Below, one piece after another: positions 19,301 through 30,081 of a stretch of DNA of 64,000 bases; within the stretch, counting starts at the first letter, position 1; each line of letters opens with the position of its first letter. Origin of the DNA: a virus; the IMG/VR virus record IMGVR_UViG_3300020419_000005, one strand, 5' to 3'. The notes under the pieces were generated by a model. It saw only the letters and a list, made by a program, of their open reading frames with translations. It was not told the DNA's origin and made no database searches. A program made the position numbers and the translations under genes.

Positions 19301-22300
19301 CGAATATCCTCAACAGTATTCTTAATAACCTCAAGTAGTCTTGGTGATGTGTAGAAGTTTACATCTACATTATCAATAAATGAGTAGAATCTTGTATTAG
19401 GTTTTAAACGTTGAATCTTAAAGGCAATATTTCTAGATCTAATAAATGGAACTACAGTTCTTTCAATAACACGATCACCTAATGACTGACGGTCAATTCT
19501 AGGAGTAATACGAGTTCTTAAACCTTGTCTAGTTTGTGAACTTGTTGTGTTACTTACATTAAATGTAATCTGTCTAATACCACGTCCACGCATATGTAAG
19601 GTAGAAGAAGATGTTGTTGTAGATGACCAGTTAGTTCTCCAAGAGTTCCATTGTACAGGAGCAAATCCAGTGTTTGTATCAGCACCACTTGCTATCATTG
19701 ATGCTTCAAAACTTCCTTCCATATTAACAATTCTATCTGGAGCACGACGTGTATCTACCCAGTCATCAGATGATGGATATAAATCAAGACGACCAATGTA
19801 TGCAAATACGTTAAATGGGTTTACATTCTCAACTCTAGAAGCATAAGGTTGAACAATAAATCTTGTTTCTGTATAAGGTCTTGTAATTGTACCTGTATCG
19901 TGAACAGTAACACCACTAGATTGTGTAGTACTAAACTCTAACGATACATTTGTAGTGTAGTGAGAAGGACGTAAAACACCTTCTTGGAAATCTAACGCTG
20001 CACCAAAATCTTCGTGAGTAGTATCTGTAGAATCAAAACTTGTAAAGTTGTCTACAAGGAATCCGTTTTTAAATTTATCAAATCCATCACTATCTTTTAT
20101 AGGTAATGAACTTGTTTCTAATTCAAGCAAACTAAGAGAAGTATAATATTCTAATTGGTCAACACGTTTCTCAATAGCACCGATGTCACGCATAGTGAAT
20201 CTACGATTATTCTCTCTTGAGATTCTTACATCTTCTGGAGAATATCCATATGGTCTATGAACCATAGTTGCTAGTAACATTGCATTATCAATGTTTGCAG
20301 GAATCTCTTGCTGTTCTCCAGATATACCTTTAACAACTTTAAATTGTTGCTGATCAGTTAAGAATACTTTATCTACTCTACCAAGATAGAAATCGTAGTC
20401 ACAACGGAAATCAGATTCTGGTTTAGGAATATCGATAACAGTAGCATTATTAGATACGCCTCCTGATGCAAAACTACGATCTTTAAAGTCTAATGATGCA
20501 CAGTTAACAAAGTATGGTGCACCGATGGTTCCTGATCCAGATAATACAGGAGTTACACCTGGACGGAAATCAAGAACATCTCTAAGTTCTTTTGCAACAC
20601 CGTTCTCAACGTACTGTGGAATGTCATCATAATCTACACCAACATATGATTCAGATGCGAAATAGTCACCAGTTGCTTCGTGAACAAACCTATTAAATAC
20701 AACTTTTAATTTTCTTAATGGTTTAGTTGATGCTGCAAATCTAATTAGTTTTGAAATATCATAGTAATGTCCTTGTTGGTTAGGATCAAGGAAGAATGAT
20801 GTTGTTATATTTTTACTACCGTTTTCAATAGAACCATCAGCGTCATTAATAATACCACTAATAACTACATTGTTAGCATTGAAACCTTGTACAGTTTCAC
20901 CTAGTTGGAAAAACTTATCGTTCTCATATACAAAATGACAGATATATGAAACAGAATTAAAGTTTACAACACGTGCTTTTGCTTTAGATGTTTGTCCTTC
21001 AATAATTGTACCTTTCTGGAAGATAGTAGCATCCTGCATTGTAATGAAAGGAACCTTTGCAGAAAGGTCATCTAATGATTCATATACTGCGTGTACCTTA
21101 TAAACGTCAGAAGATCCCAAAGATATTTCTTCATCTTCAATACGTGTACCATATAATGATCCATAAGAAAGACCATACTTAGGAGCGTCAGAAGATATGT
21201 TTGTTTTCTCAATCTTCATCACTTCCATTTCTGTAGCGTTCTTTAACTTCTTCTCTGCTTGGTTTTTAGATACAGAAGTAATTAAACGACAAGATGTAAC
21301 ACCTGTTAAACCAGAAACTGTTAAAGATGTTCTAGGAGTACCAGTGCTGTTAAATGATAAGTTAGGTTCAATATCAATCAAAGTACCTGCTGTAGGTGCT
21401 AATTCTACTAACTGATAATGATCCTTATCATACGCAAGGAACTGTTCATCAGCAGGTAGAGATATTGTAAAGTCATTAGATCCAGTAACTGTTATATCAT
21501 CAAAAGATCTTGCAACTATAACTGATTCGTCTGTGATGCTTCTAATAGATTCTTTAGGCATCTCAATTAGAAGATCAGCAGTTTCTTTATCATATACTTG
21601 TGCTCTACGACGAACCATAAATGAGTAGTCGCCATTACTCAAACCACTTGCAGTACCACTTGCATTTAAAGCAGATGTAATATTATTTGTTATTGTACTT
21701 GCAGATATAGGATATATCTTATCCATTGAGAATGTATTCACACCGTTTGGTGTTAGAACATCTCCAGGACGTAAATCAAGAGTAAAGTTTGAGTTTGTAC
21801 CTGTAAAGGTAGTACCGTTAATATTAAAGTTAACACCACTAATAATAGTTTCCTGATCAAGAAGTAGATCTCCTGCAAATGTAATTGCATTTGTATCTGG
21901 ATCTCTACCAGTTACACCTTTAGCATCTGTAATTTGGAAACTAAATGAATTTGTAAGAGTTCCAATTTCTACACCATCTTTTTCTATAACTTCTCCTGCA
22001 CGGAATGTACCAAATACTTGATAGACTTTAAATACAGTTTGTGCTGATATAGCATCTACAACAAATGCTTTTGCTCTGGATGTTCTACCACGAATAACAG
22101 CACCTTGTCCCGCAGTCACAGCAGCAGACATTTGGAATGTAGTTAGTGGTTGAATATCAAAAATATATGTTTTAAATACTGTAGCGGATGATGTTACATT
22201 AGTACCACTATGATATTCATATGCAGCACAACGTGCATAACCTATAACTTCACCTGCTCCAGATAATGATCCACCTGGTGCAGTATCTCTAAACTCAAGA

Positions 22301-23556
22301 ACCTGATAGTTTGCTGTTACATTATTACCATTAACTATAGGAGAACCTTTTACATTATTCATCAGCATATAATTGCCGAGTTCAAATGGAACTATAGAGT
22401 TTTGTAATGCTTTTGTATCTCTTGGTTTCTGTACATCAATAAAAGTAGGAACTAGGGTTTCAATCTCAAATCCTCTTACGTACGCTTTTCCTGGGGATAC
22501 TTCTAACGCATAATATGCAGAAGTAGATGCAATTCCATTTGGAGATGTTCTACCTGGAAGATATACACCATTATTTTCACCATCGTCTTGATGCTCACGC
22601 ATCCTTAGATCAAACTCTCTGACACTGTAATCACCAGACTCATCAAATGTACGACGAGCAAGTTCTCTTTCTATCTCATTATATGCTGTTCTTTCTACAA
22701 ATGATTCTACTGCTGAATTATTAATACGCAATAGTTCAATAAAGTTTTTATCTGTGTCATCATCAATAACTTTCTTTGTTAATGAACAACGAATTCTAAA
22801 TCTATGTGCACCAGGTGCTGAATAGTTTGATGTTCCAGTTGCATTATCGTTTAATGATGGATCATCTTCTGGAGTTACAATAGATTCAAATACTTCTAAT
22901 CCAACTCTGTAAGAAGGACTGTTTGTATATTGATCAAGAATAATTGTTTGCTCAGTTACATCAACAAAATAACCACGTATAAAATATACACCAGTAGCGA
23001 CTGTAGCAGTAGAACCAACAGCAGTAGCAGTTGTAGGTAACAACTGTGCAAATGGTGTGCCAACTTCAATTAGAGTAGATCCAAAAGTAAGTTCAGCATC
23101 AGCAACTAACTGTTCATTTGCAGTGAAAGTTCTAGTGTCACTATCTGATCCACCTGATGTAATATATTTTAAGTATAGAGTTATGTAACCACGTTCTGAT
23201 TCTGTAGCAGATATAGAGAATATAACTTTTGCTTTGATACCAGTTGTAAGACCTGTAACTATTCTTCCTTCTAATTGTGAACGATATAACTCAACGTTTG
23301 TTCCTAAGAAACTTGCTTGTAACAATACTGCTTTTGCATCTAAGTCATAACCTATTTGTCCAGGGATGACCATTGCACCATCCTTAAACATATGAGTTCC
23401 CATCGACTCAACTTGATTCTGCATCAAGGATTGAAGCGTGGTTAATTCTCTTGCCTGTATCGGATACCCAGGACGGAAAAGAACTTTATAAAAGTTATTA
23501 GCAGCACTGAAGTCGTCGTAATAAGGACTTATATTGAGGTTGGTATTCTGTGGCAT
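16363..23556 (-). CDS. VrlC-like (DUF4815) large virion structural protein
   Basis: PYYDDF...YKVLFRPG..IQARELTTLQS.MQNQ, LARRTFDESGDY, KNGFLVDNF, WYDPLAQSF and LFKSQNASTW motifs. Confidence 0.88.
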   Translation of the reverse strand: MPQNTNLNISPYYDDFSAANNFYKVLFRPGYPIQARELTTLQSLMQNQVESMGTHMFKDGAMVIPGQIGYDLDAKAVLLQASFLGTNVELYRSQLEGRIVTGLTTGIKAKVIFSISATESERGYITLYLKYITSGGSDSDTRTFTANEQLVADAELTFGSTLIEVGTPFAQLLPTTATAVGSTATVATGVYFIRGYFVDVTEQTIILDQYTNSPSYRVGLEVFESIVTPEDDPSLNDNATGTSNYSAPGAHRFRIRCSLTKKVIDDDTDKNFIELLRINNSAVESFVERTAYNEIERELARRTFDESGDYSVREFDLRMREHQDDGENNGVYLPGRTSPNGIASTSAYYALEVSPGKAYVRGFEIETLVPTFIDVQKPRDTKALQNSIVPFELGNYMLMNNVKGSPIVNGNNVTANYQVLEFRDTAPGGSLSGAGEVIGYARCAAYEYHSGTNVTSSATVFKTYIFDIQPLTTFQMSAAVTAGQGAVIRGRTSRAKAFVVDAISAQTVFKVYQVFGTFRAGEVIEKDGVEIGTLTNSFSFQITDAKGVTGRDPDTNAITFAGDLLLDQETIISGVNFNINGTTFTGTNSNFTLDLRPGDVLTPNGVNTFSMDKIYPISASTITNNITSALNASGTASGLSNGDYSFMVRRRAQVYDKETADLLIEMPKESIRSITDESVIVARSFDDITVTGSNDFTISLPADEQFLAYDKDHYQLVELAPTAGTLIDIEPNLSFNSTGTPRTSLTVSGLTGVTSCRLITSVSKNQAEKKLKNATEMEVMKIEKTNISSDAPKYGLSYGSLYGTRIEDEEISLGSSDVYKVHAVYESLDDLSAKVPFITMQDATIFQKGTIIEGQTSKAKARVVNFNSVSYICHFVYENDKFFQLGETVQGFNANNVVISGIINDADGSIENGSKNITTSFFLDPNQQGHYYDISKLIRFAASTKPLRKLKVVFNRFVHEATGDYFASESYVGVDYDDIPQYVENGVAKELRDVLDFRPGVTPVLSGSGTIGAPYFVNCASLDFKDRSFASGGVSNNATVIDIPKPESDFRCDYDFYLGRVDKVFLTDQQQFKVVKGISGEQQEIPANIDNAMLLATMVHRPYGYSPEDVRISRENNRRFTMRDIGAIEKRVDQLEYYTSLSLLELETSSLPIKDSDGFDKFKNGFLVDNFTSFDSTDTTHEDFGAALDFQEGVLRPSHYTTNVSLEFSTTQSSGVTVHDTGTITRPYTETRFIVQPYASRVENVNPFNVFAYIGRLDLYPSSDDWVDTRRAPDRIVNMEGSFEASMIASGADTNTGFAPVQWNSWRTNWSSTTTSSSTLHMRGRGIRQITFNVSNTTSSQTRQGLRTRITPRIDRQSLGDRVIERTVVPFIRSRNIAFKIQRLKPNTRFYSFIDNVDVNFYTSPRLLEVIKNTVEDIRTNDTPFVVGETVVGQTSQCRLKLVDPNQGFTDGLSPYDQSELPTSYASTTGFINIDTRTMSDTVAGTYYGNPLEGEILVGATSGARAVVKPKRLVANTNGDMEGIMWIPNPAVNTNPRFATGTRVIRVTTSSTDSRVPGEVDSAAQHNYVASGVIETQQQTILAVRNADVVRDTVTQDRTVNSTSLTVRDTGWYDPLAQSFLVESKGGAFLTSIDIYFRTRDERIPVSCQIREMANGYPTTKVLAFSDVTLLPSDINLSENGTIPTKFTFPSPVYVTENRDYCAVILSDSNEYKLWISRMGEDDVTSDRTISEQPYAGVLFKSQNASTWTADQYEDLKFTLYKAVFDTAGSGTAWFNNAELAEGNFGISRLRLDPIETTKPEIKIILADHVANFTIGAELTQTDVSPAPSAIVREVVQGVSGSSNAYLILDDVVGTFREGVASGSSFIYRLVSSRSVGTITLTGVSGTFATGTVVTNGTGGSAMVTDWNAGTGVVTVKSITGTFADGDAITQVIASATTGSGTIGTSGTSFQGDDINDYPSAPISYFNRATEIKVRHSNHCMHDGSNSVLMSGVKSEVSPTIIDSAYHTNGITASDGVTGSFQLHVMDGAAFHTVINGSTVGTSNKGYILIRDPEIPRQHFEIIEYTGISGDGKIFTLPSGSRGQASTTAIAHSANSIVECYNLDGIPLTEINKLHTAVGSPTLDTYKLQVSSVSTAGIVSGGFDVVATQNIQFDQLYPQLQMTVYPETDVVPRINSVSGTSIQDGNNVTQASFINDGIYYDMIPNEDNYLDEPKMVCSQVNEDAKLSGSKSLNVQMIMTTSNANISPVLDTDRCSLITTMNRVNDLAVGSNNAESAVGDLDDAVYVTKVMNLINPANSLRVRFEGWRHPATEIKVMYKIVPVGTTIPVNEIGYTYFNGNGLEDKTIQKTESLLYRDFEYTFEGTEFTIAQVKIILTSSNQCYVPEVKNLRVIALSDL

Positions 23557-23559
23557 TGG

Positions 23560-25095
23560 TTAGAACTCTACAACGATTTTAATGTCTTCAATTTGGTCGC
23601 CCGCCCTTGAGATTGCTCTCCTATTGTCTATGTAGATCACTTTACCTGAATCCTTTTTCACTTCAGGTTTGGCGTAACCAGATGTGAATGACATACCTAA
23701 ATCATACTCCGTGTTGTTTATGACACGTGTTGCTTCACCAGGAACTACAGGGAAGTTGATGTCAGGGTCAACAGACGTACCAGAACCCGAACCAACAATG
23801 GTGTTACCACCAGAAAACTCAACTTTATTACCAGTAATCTCAGGGAATATACCATCTACTCTGTTTTGATAAAATTTCAAAACTTTTGTTAAGGAGTTCC
23901 AAGAAACTACACGACCACGGGCAGTGACCTGTTGTCCACCCACAGTACGAGTTTGAGTTATGATTTCATCAGTATTAAATGATCCTGTGAAATCAGGAGA
24001 AAATATTACAGCATTAGATGCTGATAAAGTAATAGCGTCTGCTAATTCTTCGGTACCATACTTAAATGGATTAAGAGTTAATCCAATACGACGGTAATCA
24101 TTATCAGTAGGGAAGTCTCCTGATCCCTCTGAGTATGTAAATTTGGTGTTGATCATAACACGGAATCCACCTAACTCAATAGCAGGAGTAGATCCGTGAC
24201 CACCTTTAGGTGGAATAATAACGTCAATAGCACCACCAGATCCTGTACCAGAACCAATACCATTAACTTCATCAACAACGATTTTACCGAAGGAATAGTT
24301 AGATCCTCCAGAAGTCACAGTTGCAGATACAATACGACCACCATCAACAACGACAGAAATACGTCCACCAGTTCCATCACCTCTTAGAGGGATATTTTCA
24401 TATGTACCATTGTTATATCCAGAACCAGATGATTGAATAACAACAGTGTCAATCTCTCCTCCAACAGCATCAGATTGAACAGCACTGTCAATTAAAACAG
24501 GCATATAATCTGCTGAGAAGAATTTCAGAACCGATCCCACTGGGATGGTGTACATATACTTCCAACGATAACCATCAGCAGTGGTGATAATAGAAGTAGA
24601 AGTGCCAGTGGGTTCGATCGTACTAGGTTTACCGTTCGGATCAGAGGGTGACGTTCCATTGTAGATACACTTATATGTTTGATAAGATGAGTTAACAACA
24701 TAGAAATCAGCATCATATAGTTTAGTAGCACCACTAGAAGCAGTCTTACTAGATGAGTAGTCGTTACGATACATATCGTAAACATAACCTAAACCACCAG
24801 TAGTTTGTTCTGGGGGTATCCAGTCAATACGACGTACGACTTGAATAGCGTCACTAGCAAGTACACGCTTCATAGAAATCATATCGTCATATGCGTCTGA
24901 GAACTCTTGGAAAGAGTCTATAGGGGTAGGAGGATTATTCTCATTATCCCATTCTTGAGGGCGACCAATGAAAACATACAAACGGTCACGATTTGCACCC
25001 GCAGCGATGTCACTCTGAGTCGAATCTGGTCCCTCAAGTGATTTGATGAATTTTTCAGCGGTGAAAATTCTAAATTGATCGGTAAGTAATGCCAT
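23560..25095 (-). CDS. gp8: Baseplate wedge subunit
   Basis: YVFIGRPQEW, YVVNSSY..YKCIYNG, DGYRWKYMY, SGKVIYIDNR and QIEDIKIVVEF motifs. Confidence 0.93.
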   Translation of the reverse strand: MALLTDQFRIFTAEKFIKSLEGPDSTQSDIAAGANRDRLYVFIGRPQEWDNENNPPTPIDSFQEFSDAYDDMISMKRVLASDAIQVVRRIDWIPPEQTTGGLGYVYDMYRNDYSSSKTASSGATKLYDADFYVVNSSYQTYKCIYNGTSPSDPNGKPSTIEPTGTSTSIITTADGYRWKYMYTIPVGSVLKFFSADYMPVLIDSAVQSDAVGGEIDTVVIQSSGSGYNNGTYENIPLRGDGTGGRISVVVDGGRIVSATVTSGGSNYSFGKIVVDEVNGIGSGTGSGGAIDVIIPPKGGHGSTPAIELGGFRVMINTKFTYSEGSGDFPTDNDYRRIGLTLNPFKYGTEELADAITLSASNAVIFSPDFTGSFNTDEIITQTRTVGGQQVTARGRVVSWNSLTKVLKFYQNRVDGIFPEITGNKVEFSGGNTIVGSGSGTSVDPDINFPVVPGEATRVINNTEYDLGMSFTSGYAKPEVKKDSGKVIYIDNRRAISRAGDQIEDIKIVVEF

Positions 25096-25117
25096 TGGAT
25101 ACTATGTACCTTCCTTT

Positions 25118-25125
25118 TATTTATA
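25118..25125 (-). promoter_or_regulatory. Late promoter TATAAATA for gp8
   Basis: Exact consensus 22 nt upstream of the ATG. Confidence 0.85.
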
Positions 25126-25130
25126 GTAGT

Positions 25131-27002
25131 TTAGTCAGGTTCGTTTCTGATATAGGATGGATAATTTATAAATTGGATAACACCTATGGCACCTGACGTA
25201 CCTCCAGTGATATTTTCGTTCTTATTCCAGAGGTAATTTCCACTATTTGCAACTGGATTTTTGATAACAAGTTTCTTTGTAGTTGCATCCCAAGATTCAA
25301 CTGTTCCTGTTACTCCACTTAAACTTCCTGTTATTGTTTCACTCTGAACAAAGTCATTAGTGTTATTCATTGTACGGAAAGTAAACTCAATAGTTGCAAC
25401 GTGTGCATCTCCATCACCTAAAGCACCTGCAATAGAAACAGTTGGTGATCTAGCAGGAAGAGACGCATCTGTCATTTGGTCTCCAACTTGGAACAATGAA
25501 GTGTTTTGTCCACCTAATGTTTCCTCAATACCATATAGAGATGATGCAATACCTCCATCAAGACTTATTGCACCTGCATAGTCTGTATTAGTATTTACCA
25601 GATCAGGAATACCATCTCCTGCTCCTTGTAATTCATCATCATCTTCAAACTTTTTATCCTGTATTAGACCTATAGGATCTGTTAACTGAACTATATTGTC
25701 ACCTATAGACTCTACTAATACGTGTGGTTCAACACCAGTTTCAGTAGATCCTGCTGTACCTCCTACAAAGTCAATAACTGCTGACAATGTATTAGATGAT
25801 CCACCATCAATAAATGCTAGTTTATCAACTTCAAATGTCAAATACAGTGCATTTATTGCAGGTCTCCAATCATAAACACGAGCAATCTTATTACTAGAAC
25901 TTTCAGAAGTTCTTATAACACGATCTCCCACATTAAAAATATACTGACTGACACCATTAACATCATCTGCGAGTGAATCTAATGTTACTTTTTGATCATA
26001 TCTAAAGTTAACAGCACGGTCACAACCAACAAAAGATGTAGCAGTTTTACCTGTATATCTAATAACTTCACTTCCAATTAATATTTTTCCTGATCCAGGA
26101 TAAGGTGAAGTAGTCTCAACAAATATTGTTTGATCAGATATACCCACATTATTAATAAGACCAGTTATATTATATAAAAATGAGTTAAATGCTTGTCTGT
26201 TTCTAGACCTTTTTATTAAATCAGTATTTCTAGTAAAAATTACTGAAGGTTCTGATGAAAAACCACCACCAGGATCAAGAACATTTATAGCAGTGATAGC
26301 ACCTAAATCTACAGTAGCAACTGCTCTGGCACCACCTCCACCTCCACCATTGAGTAAAATAACAGGAGGAGTTTGGAAATACTCACCTGCGTTCGATATA
26401 TTTACTGCTTTAACAATACCAAATTCATCTACCTCTGCAACACCAGTAGCACCCTGTCCTCCTCCACCAGATACAATAATATTAATATCACCATTCTCAT
26501 AATTTGATCCAGTATCTTCTAAAGATAAACCAGTAAGTAATCCAGTAACAGGTCTGAGTTCAGCACCTGCACCACCACCACCTTCAATTACAGCAGTGGT
26601 TAGATCATTAAAATACTGATCTCCATTCGATAACATTTGAATGTATTGAATAGCACCCGCAGGTGCTATTAATGTTCCATCAGCAGCATATTGATCAGCA
26701 TCCCATAGGATTGCTTTTGCCTCTGCTCCATATCCTAAACCTGCTGTTGTTAAAGTAATTCTAAATGGATCATATCCTTCACCTGGATCTAATACTTTTA
26801 CAGCAGCAATTTGACCATTAGTAATAACAGGTTCAAGTATTGCTTCTCTTAATGGTGTTCCACAATTTCCAACTTTTAATTCTGGAGGGTCCCCTGCGAC
26901 ATAACCAGTCCCCCCATCATTAACAAATACGTCTTTTATACCATACGTACTGTTAAAGATAGGTTCTATAACTGCTCCTGATCCTGGGACTGTTCTTGTC
27001 AT
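25131..27002 (-). CDS. Baseplate-associated structural protein with GxGY beta-sandwich repeats
   Basis: Repeated I..G.GY/F...P.V...GGG.GA units like those in the gp7-like protein; located in the baseplate cluster. Confidence 0.75.
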   Translation of the reverse strand: MTRTVPGSGAVIEPIFNSTYGIKDVFVNDGGTGYVAGDPPELKVGNCGTPLREAILEPVITNGQIAAVKVLDPGEGYDPFRITLTTAGLGYGAEAKAILWDADQYAADGTLIAPAGAIQYIQMLSNGDQYFNDLTTAVIEGGGGAGAELRPVTGLLTGLSLEDTGSNYENGDINIIVSGGGGQGATGVAEVDEFGIVKAVNISNAGEYFQTPPVILLNGGGGGGARAVATVDLGAITAINVLDPGGGFSSEPSVIFTRNTDLIKRSRNRQAFNSFLYNITGLINNVGISDQTIFVETTSPYPGSGKILIGSEVIRYTGKTATSFVGCDRAVNFRYDQKVTLDSLADDVNGVSQYIFNVGDRVIRTSESSSNKIARVYDWRPAINALYLTFEVDKLAFIDGGSSNTLSAVIDFVGGTAGSTETGVEPHVLVESIGDNIVQLTDPIGLIQDKKFEDDDELQGAGDGIPDLVNTNTDYAGAISLDGGIASSLYGIEETLGGQNTSLFQVGDQMTDASLPARSPTVSIAGALGDGDAHVATIEFTFRTMNNTNDFVQSETITGSLSGVTGTVESWDATTKKLVIKNPVANSGNYLWNKNENITGGTSGAIGVIQFINYPSYIRNEPD

Positions 27003-28678
27003 TACCTAATTTCTAATGTTCCAGACATATCGTTGTGGATTGTACACTGATAATATAGAGTGGTAGGTGCATCAAATGGAACTGTAAATGACTGCATAGC
27101 AGTGCTAGATCCACTAATACCTGTAGTATATGGGGTTCCTGATGTTCCAGTTGTGGACTGAATTCTTAGTGGATGAGATGCTCCAGTAGTATTATTGAAA
27201 TCATATGTAAATCCACGATAAAGAATTATAGTAGGATCTGTTGATCCTCCAGATGGTAATCCAGGTCCGTTTACTGTATAGTTTGATTGTCCAACTGCAC
27301 TAAAAACATATAGAAGTGTTGGAGATGGTTTATATACAGTTGCATTATTATATCCTTTAATAGGAGTTGATCCTGCGGGAGCACTTGTACCTTGACGTTT
27401 GAATCCTCTATCAACGTCTTCAAAAGTTGAACCATCGTTAGCAACTTGTAATTCACCGTTGGTATCAAGTTTTATTCTCTTAGTACCAATCTTAATTTCA
27501 GCACCATCTGCTAATTCTAAGTTGTTACTTGCATCAAGTGATAATTTTTTAGTACCACCACTACCAAATCTAATCTCTGCTGATTCTGGAATTTCTAAGT
27601 TACCAGATCCATCAAATTTAATTGCTTTATTAGCATCACCACCAAAACGAATATCTGTTCCTGTAGGTAAATCTAAGTTATTGTTTCCATCAAACTTAAG
27701 TTCTTTAGTAGATCCACTTGCACCAAAACGAATAGAAGCAGCAGCAGGTAGTTCTAATACATCAGAATCAAATGATAATTCTTTACCAGTATCAAACTTA
27801 AGTTTCTGTCCTGCAAGATCTACAACACCATCTTCATCTTGAGTAACTAATTTATTCTTAGATGAAATCTTAACATTACCTGCTACACCTAGTTCTTGAG
27901 TTTGGTTTGCAGTTCCTGTAGCGGTAACTGTAACACTACCACGAGTAGCACCTGCTTCAGCAGTAAATGATGCAAATGCTGCATCAATTTTATTACCAGT
28001 AGAATCTTCAATCTCTAACTCAGTACCAACTTTCATAGCACTGAAACGTGTACGAAGTGCTTCTTCTTGTGTTGAGTTCTCTGATGCTAGTTTAGATGTG
28101 ATAGTACGAGTTGCACCTGTGTCTATACTATGAACAGTATGTTCTACTCTTTTTCTACGAGTAACTTCTTGGTCTGATCCTATAGAAATACCTGTATCAT
28201 CCATCCAAATAGTAGAACTGGATAGATATAAATCCCTAAACTTAAGTGCTGAACTACCTAAGTCATATGTGTTATCGGTGTTTGGTAAAAGATGAGTTGA
28301 AATAACAACGTTGTTTGAACCATTGTTAGTCAAATTAGTAATGGCACTGCCCCCACCGCCACTACCTTGTAAGTCATCACCAGGTTGGAATCTTGAGTTT
28401 GCTGTATTCCACTTCAATACTTGACCATTCGTAATACTCGTTAGGTCTATATCTGTTAAATTAGATGATGCCAGATCACCTTCTGTAAATACTGAACCAT
28501 TCCATTTTAGGACTTGGTTTGTTGATGGTGATCCAACACTAATTTGTAAGTTAGTATCATCACCTAATTGGGTGTATAACTCATTAATAACGTTATTAAT
28601 TTTTATAGCACCGTCTCTGAGGGTATCTCCTGTACCATCATTTGCCGATACACCGACGTTTACATTCTGCTTAGCCAT
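27002..28678 (-). CDS. Baseplate wedge/tail-fibre connector, gp9/gp10-like, with C-terminal cupredoxin-like domain
   Basis: N-terminal MAKQ.VNVG..ANDGTGD.LRDG..KIN (gp9/gp10 N-domain); about 24-aa internal repeats; C-terminal HPLRI...LYYQCTIHNDM. Confidence 0.75.
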   Translation of the reverse strand: MAKQNVNVGVSANDGTGDTLRDGAIKINNVINELYTQLGDDTNLQISVGSPSTNQVLKWNGSVFTEGDLASSNLTDIDLTSITNGQVLKWNTANSRFQPGDDLQGSGGGGSAITNLTNNGSNNVVISTHLLPNTDNTYDLGSSALKFRDLYLSSSTIWMDDTGISIGSDQEVTRRKRVEHTVHSIDTGATRTITSKLASENSTQEEALRTRFSAMKVGTELEIEDSTGNKIDAAFASFTAEAGATRGSVTVTATGTANQTQELGVAGNVKISSKNKLVTQDEDGVVDLAGQKLKFDTGKELSFDSDVLELPAAASIRFGASGSTKELKFDGNNNLDLPTGTDIRFGGDANKAIKFDGSGNLEIPESAEIRFGSGGTKKLSLDASNNLELADGAEIKIGTKRIKLDTNGELQVANDGSTFEDVDRGFKRQGTSAPAGSTPIKGYNNATVYKPSPTLLYVFSAVGQSNYTVNGPGLPSGGSTDPTIILYRGFTYDFNNTTGASHPLRIQSTTGTSGTPYTTGISGSSTAMQSFTVPFDAPTTLYYQCTIHNDMSGTLEIR

Positions 28679-28702
28679 AGTAGGGGGGTTTTTCTACAGT
28701 TT

Positions 28703-28710
28703 TATTTATG
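28703..28710 (-). promoter_or_regulatory. Late promoter (CATAAATA)
   Basis: NATAAATA 25 nt upstream of the ATG at 28678. Confidence 0.65.
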
Positions 28711-30073
28711 TCATATCGAAAGATTCTGACGTATTATCCAAATTTACATCTTGTCTAGTAAAGTCAGGATTGTTATTATCCCGATCAAATGTAACTGGAG
28801 TCATATCGTACTTTCCAATACCAGTGTCAAATTTAAGGATAGAGGAATAATCTATAGACGTTCCAGAACCTGTTACAGTAAGGATCGCTAGATTGCTTAT
28901 TAAAGGTGAGTTTTGTGCTTGTGTTGATGAACCAACTGGACCAGTTAATACACATCTATAACGATAACCCGTCATAAATGGTTGAGCATTTACTGTTAAA
29001 GTTGCAGTAGTATCACCAGTCAAATTAGACCAAGCAAATCCACCATCTGTTGATACTTGCCACTGATACGCAATAGTATCATTTTGTGGTTGTATCTCTG
29101 CTAACAAACTAAACTGTTGTGTATTACCACTTTGAACAGTAGCGTTTGTTGGTTGATTTGTTATAACAAGAGTAGGAGGTTGAGCAGGAGTATCACCACT
29201 TCCACTGTCACCACCAGTAGTTTGTGTAAAACCACTATTTGCAGGAACTGACATTGCCTCTTTCGAGGTCAGACCCATCATAAAAGGAAATACAGGATTT
29301 CCAGAAACATCTTCGGTAAGAAAATATGCAAAAGTACCACTAGGATACTCAGGTGTCACACAATATCTACCATTGTGTGTATCTAATTTACCTGTTCCAC
29401 CAGTGTATTCCCAGTCTTCCATAAACACACCTGCGGGGTATGTTCCACTATAACCAGGTCTACTAGGTGCTTCCTCGCTCCTTACTGTCCATCCAGAGGA
29501 CATTCTGATAACAGATGTAACATTACTGTTAGGATCTGTATATCCCCAAGGACCATATACAGGATAACCGTCAAAAGCATAACCAATTATTTTAGAGTGT
29601 CCATCAGGATGTCTAATATTATCACCATTATATTGAGATGAACCATAATAATCATTATATCCTGCCATCGCCTGATTGTTATTCCAACAATCTAAGAAGT
29701 CGCTGTCGTTATAACGGTACTGACCAGTTGACTCAGGATAACCACCACAACTATCTTCTCCATAATTAAGAGCAGAACTAATACCCGCTGCCACGTAGGA
29801 AAATCCTGACGGGGGCGATCCATCATTTCCTGCACTAGGATTAAAGAAGACGACACCGTTTGCAGCAATACCAATAGCACCCAGACTGACAACCCCAGAA
29901 TTAGACGTGTTTGATCCACCTCTGTGAACAAAGTTGTGGTTGAAAGTATATGATGTAATAGTATTTGTGTTATTGGCATTAGGAAATGTTCCCGAAGTTA
30001 CTGGAAAAGGTAAACCATTACCAGTTACTGTTAGGACATTATTACTGCTGTTATAGGTTGCATTTGCTGCCAT
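28706..30073 (-). CDS. YHYH-family-like domain plus Ig-like domain structural protein
   Basis: GAIGIAANGV.FF, HSKIIGYAFDGYPVYGP.G, LD.HNGR.C.TPEYP.GT.AYF; C-terminal QP....V..G...F...YQWQ...YRYRC Ig-like domain. Confidence 0.78.
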   Translation of the reverse strand: MAANATYNSSNNVLTVTGNGLPFPVTSGTFPNANNTNTITSYTFNHNFVHRGGSNTSNSGVVSLGAIGIAANGVVFFNPSAGNDGSPPSGFSYVAAGISSALNYGEDSCGGYPESTGQYRYNDSDFLDCWNNNQAMAGYNDYYGSSQYNGDNIRHPDGHSKIIGYAFDGYPVYGPWGYTDPNSNVTSVIRMSSGWTVRSEEAPSRPGYSGTYPAGVFMEDWEYTGGTGKLDTHNGRYCVTPEYPSGTFAYFLTEDVSGNPVFPFMMGLTSKEAMSVPANSGFTQTTGGDSGSGDTPAQPPTLVITNQPTNATVQSGNTQQFSLLAEIQPQNDTIAYQWQVSTDGGFAWSNLTGDTTATLTVNAQPFMTGYRYRCVLTGPVGSSTQAQNSPLISNLAILTVTGSGTSIDYSSILKFDTGIGKYDMTPVTFDRDNNNPDFTRQDVNLDNTSESFDMT

Positions 30074-30081
30074 AAGAGTAT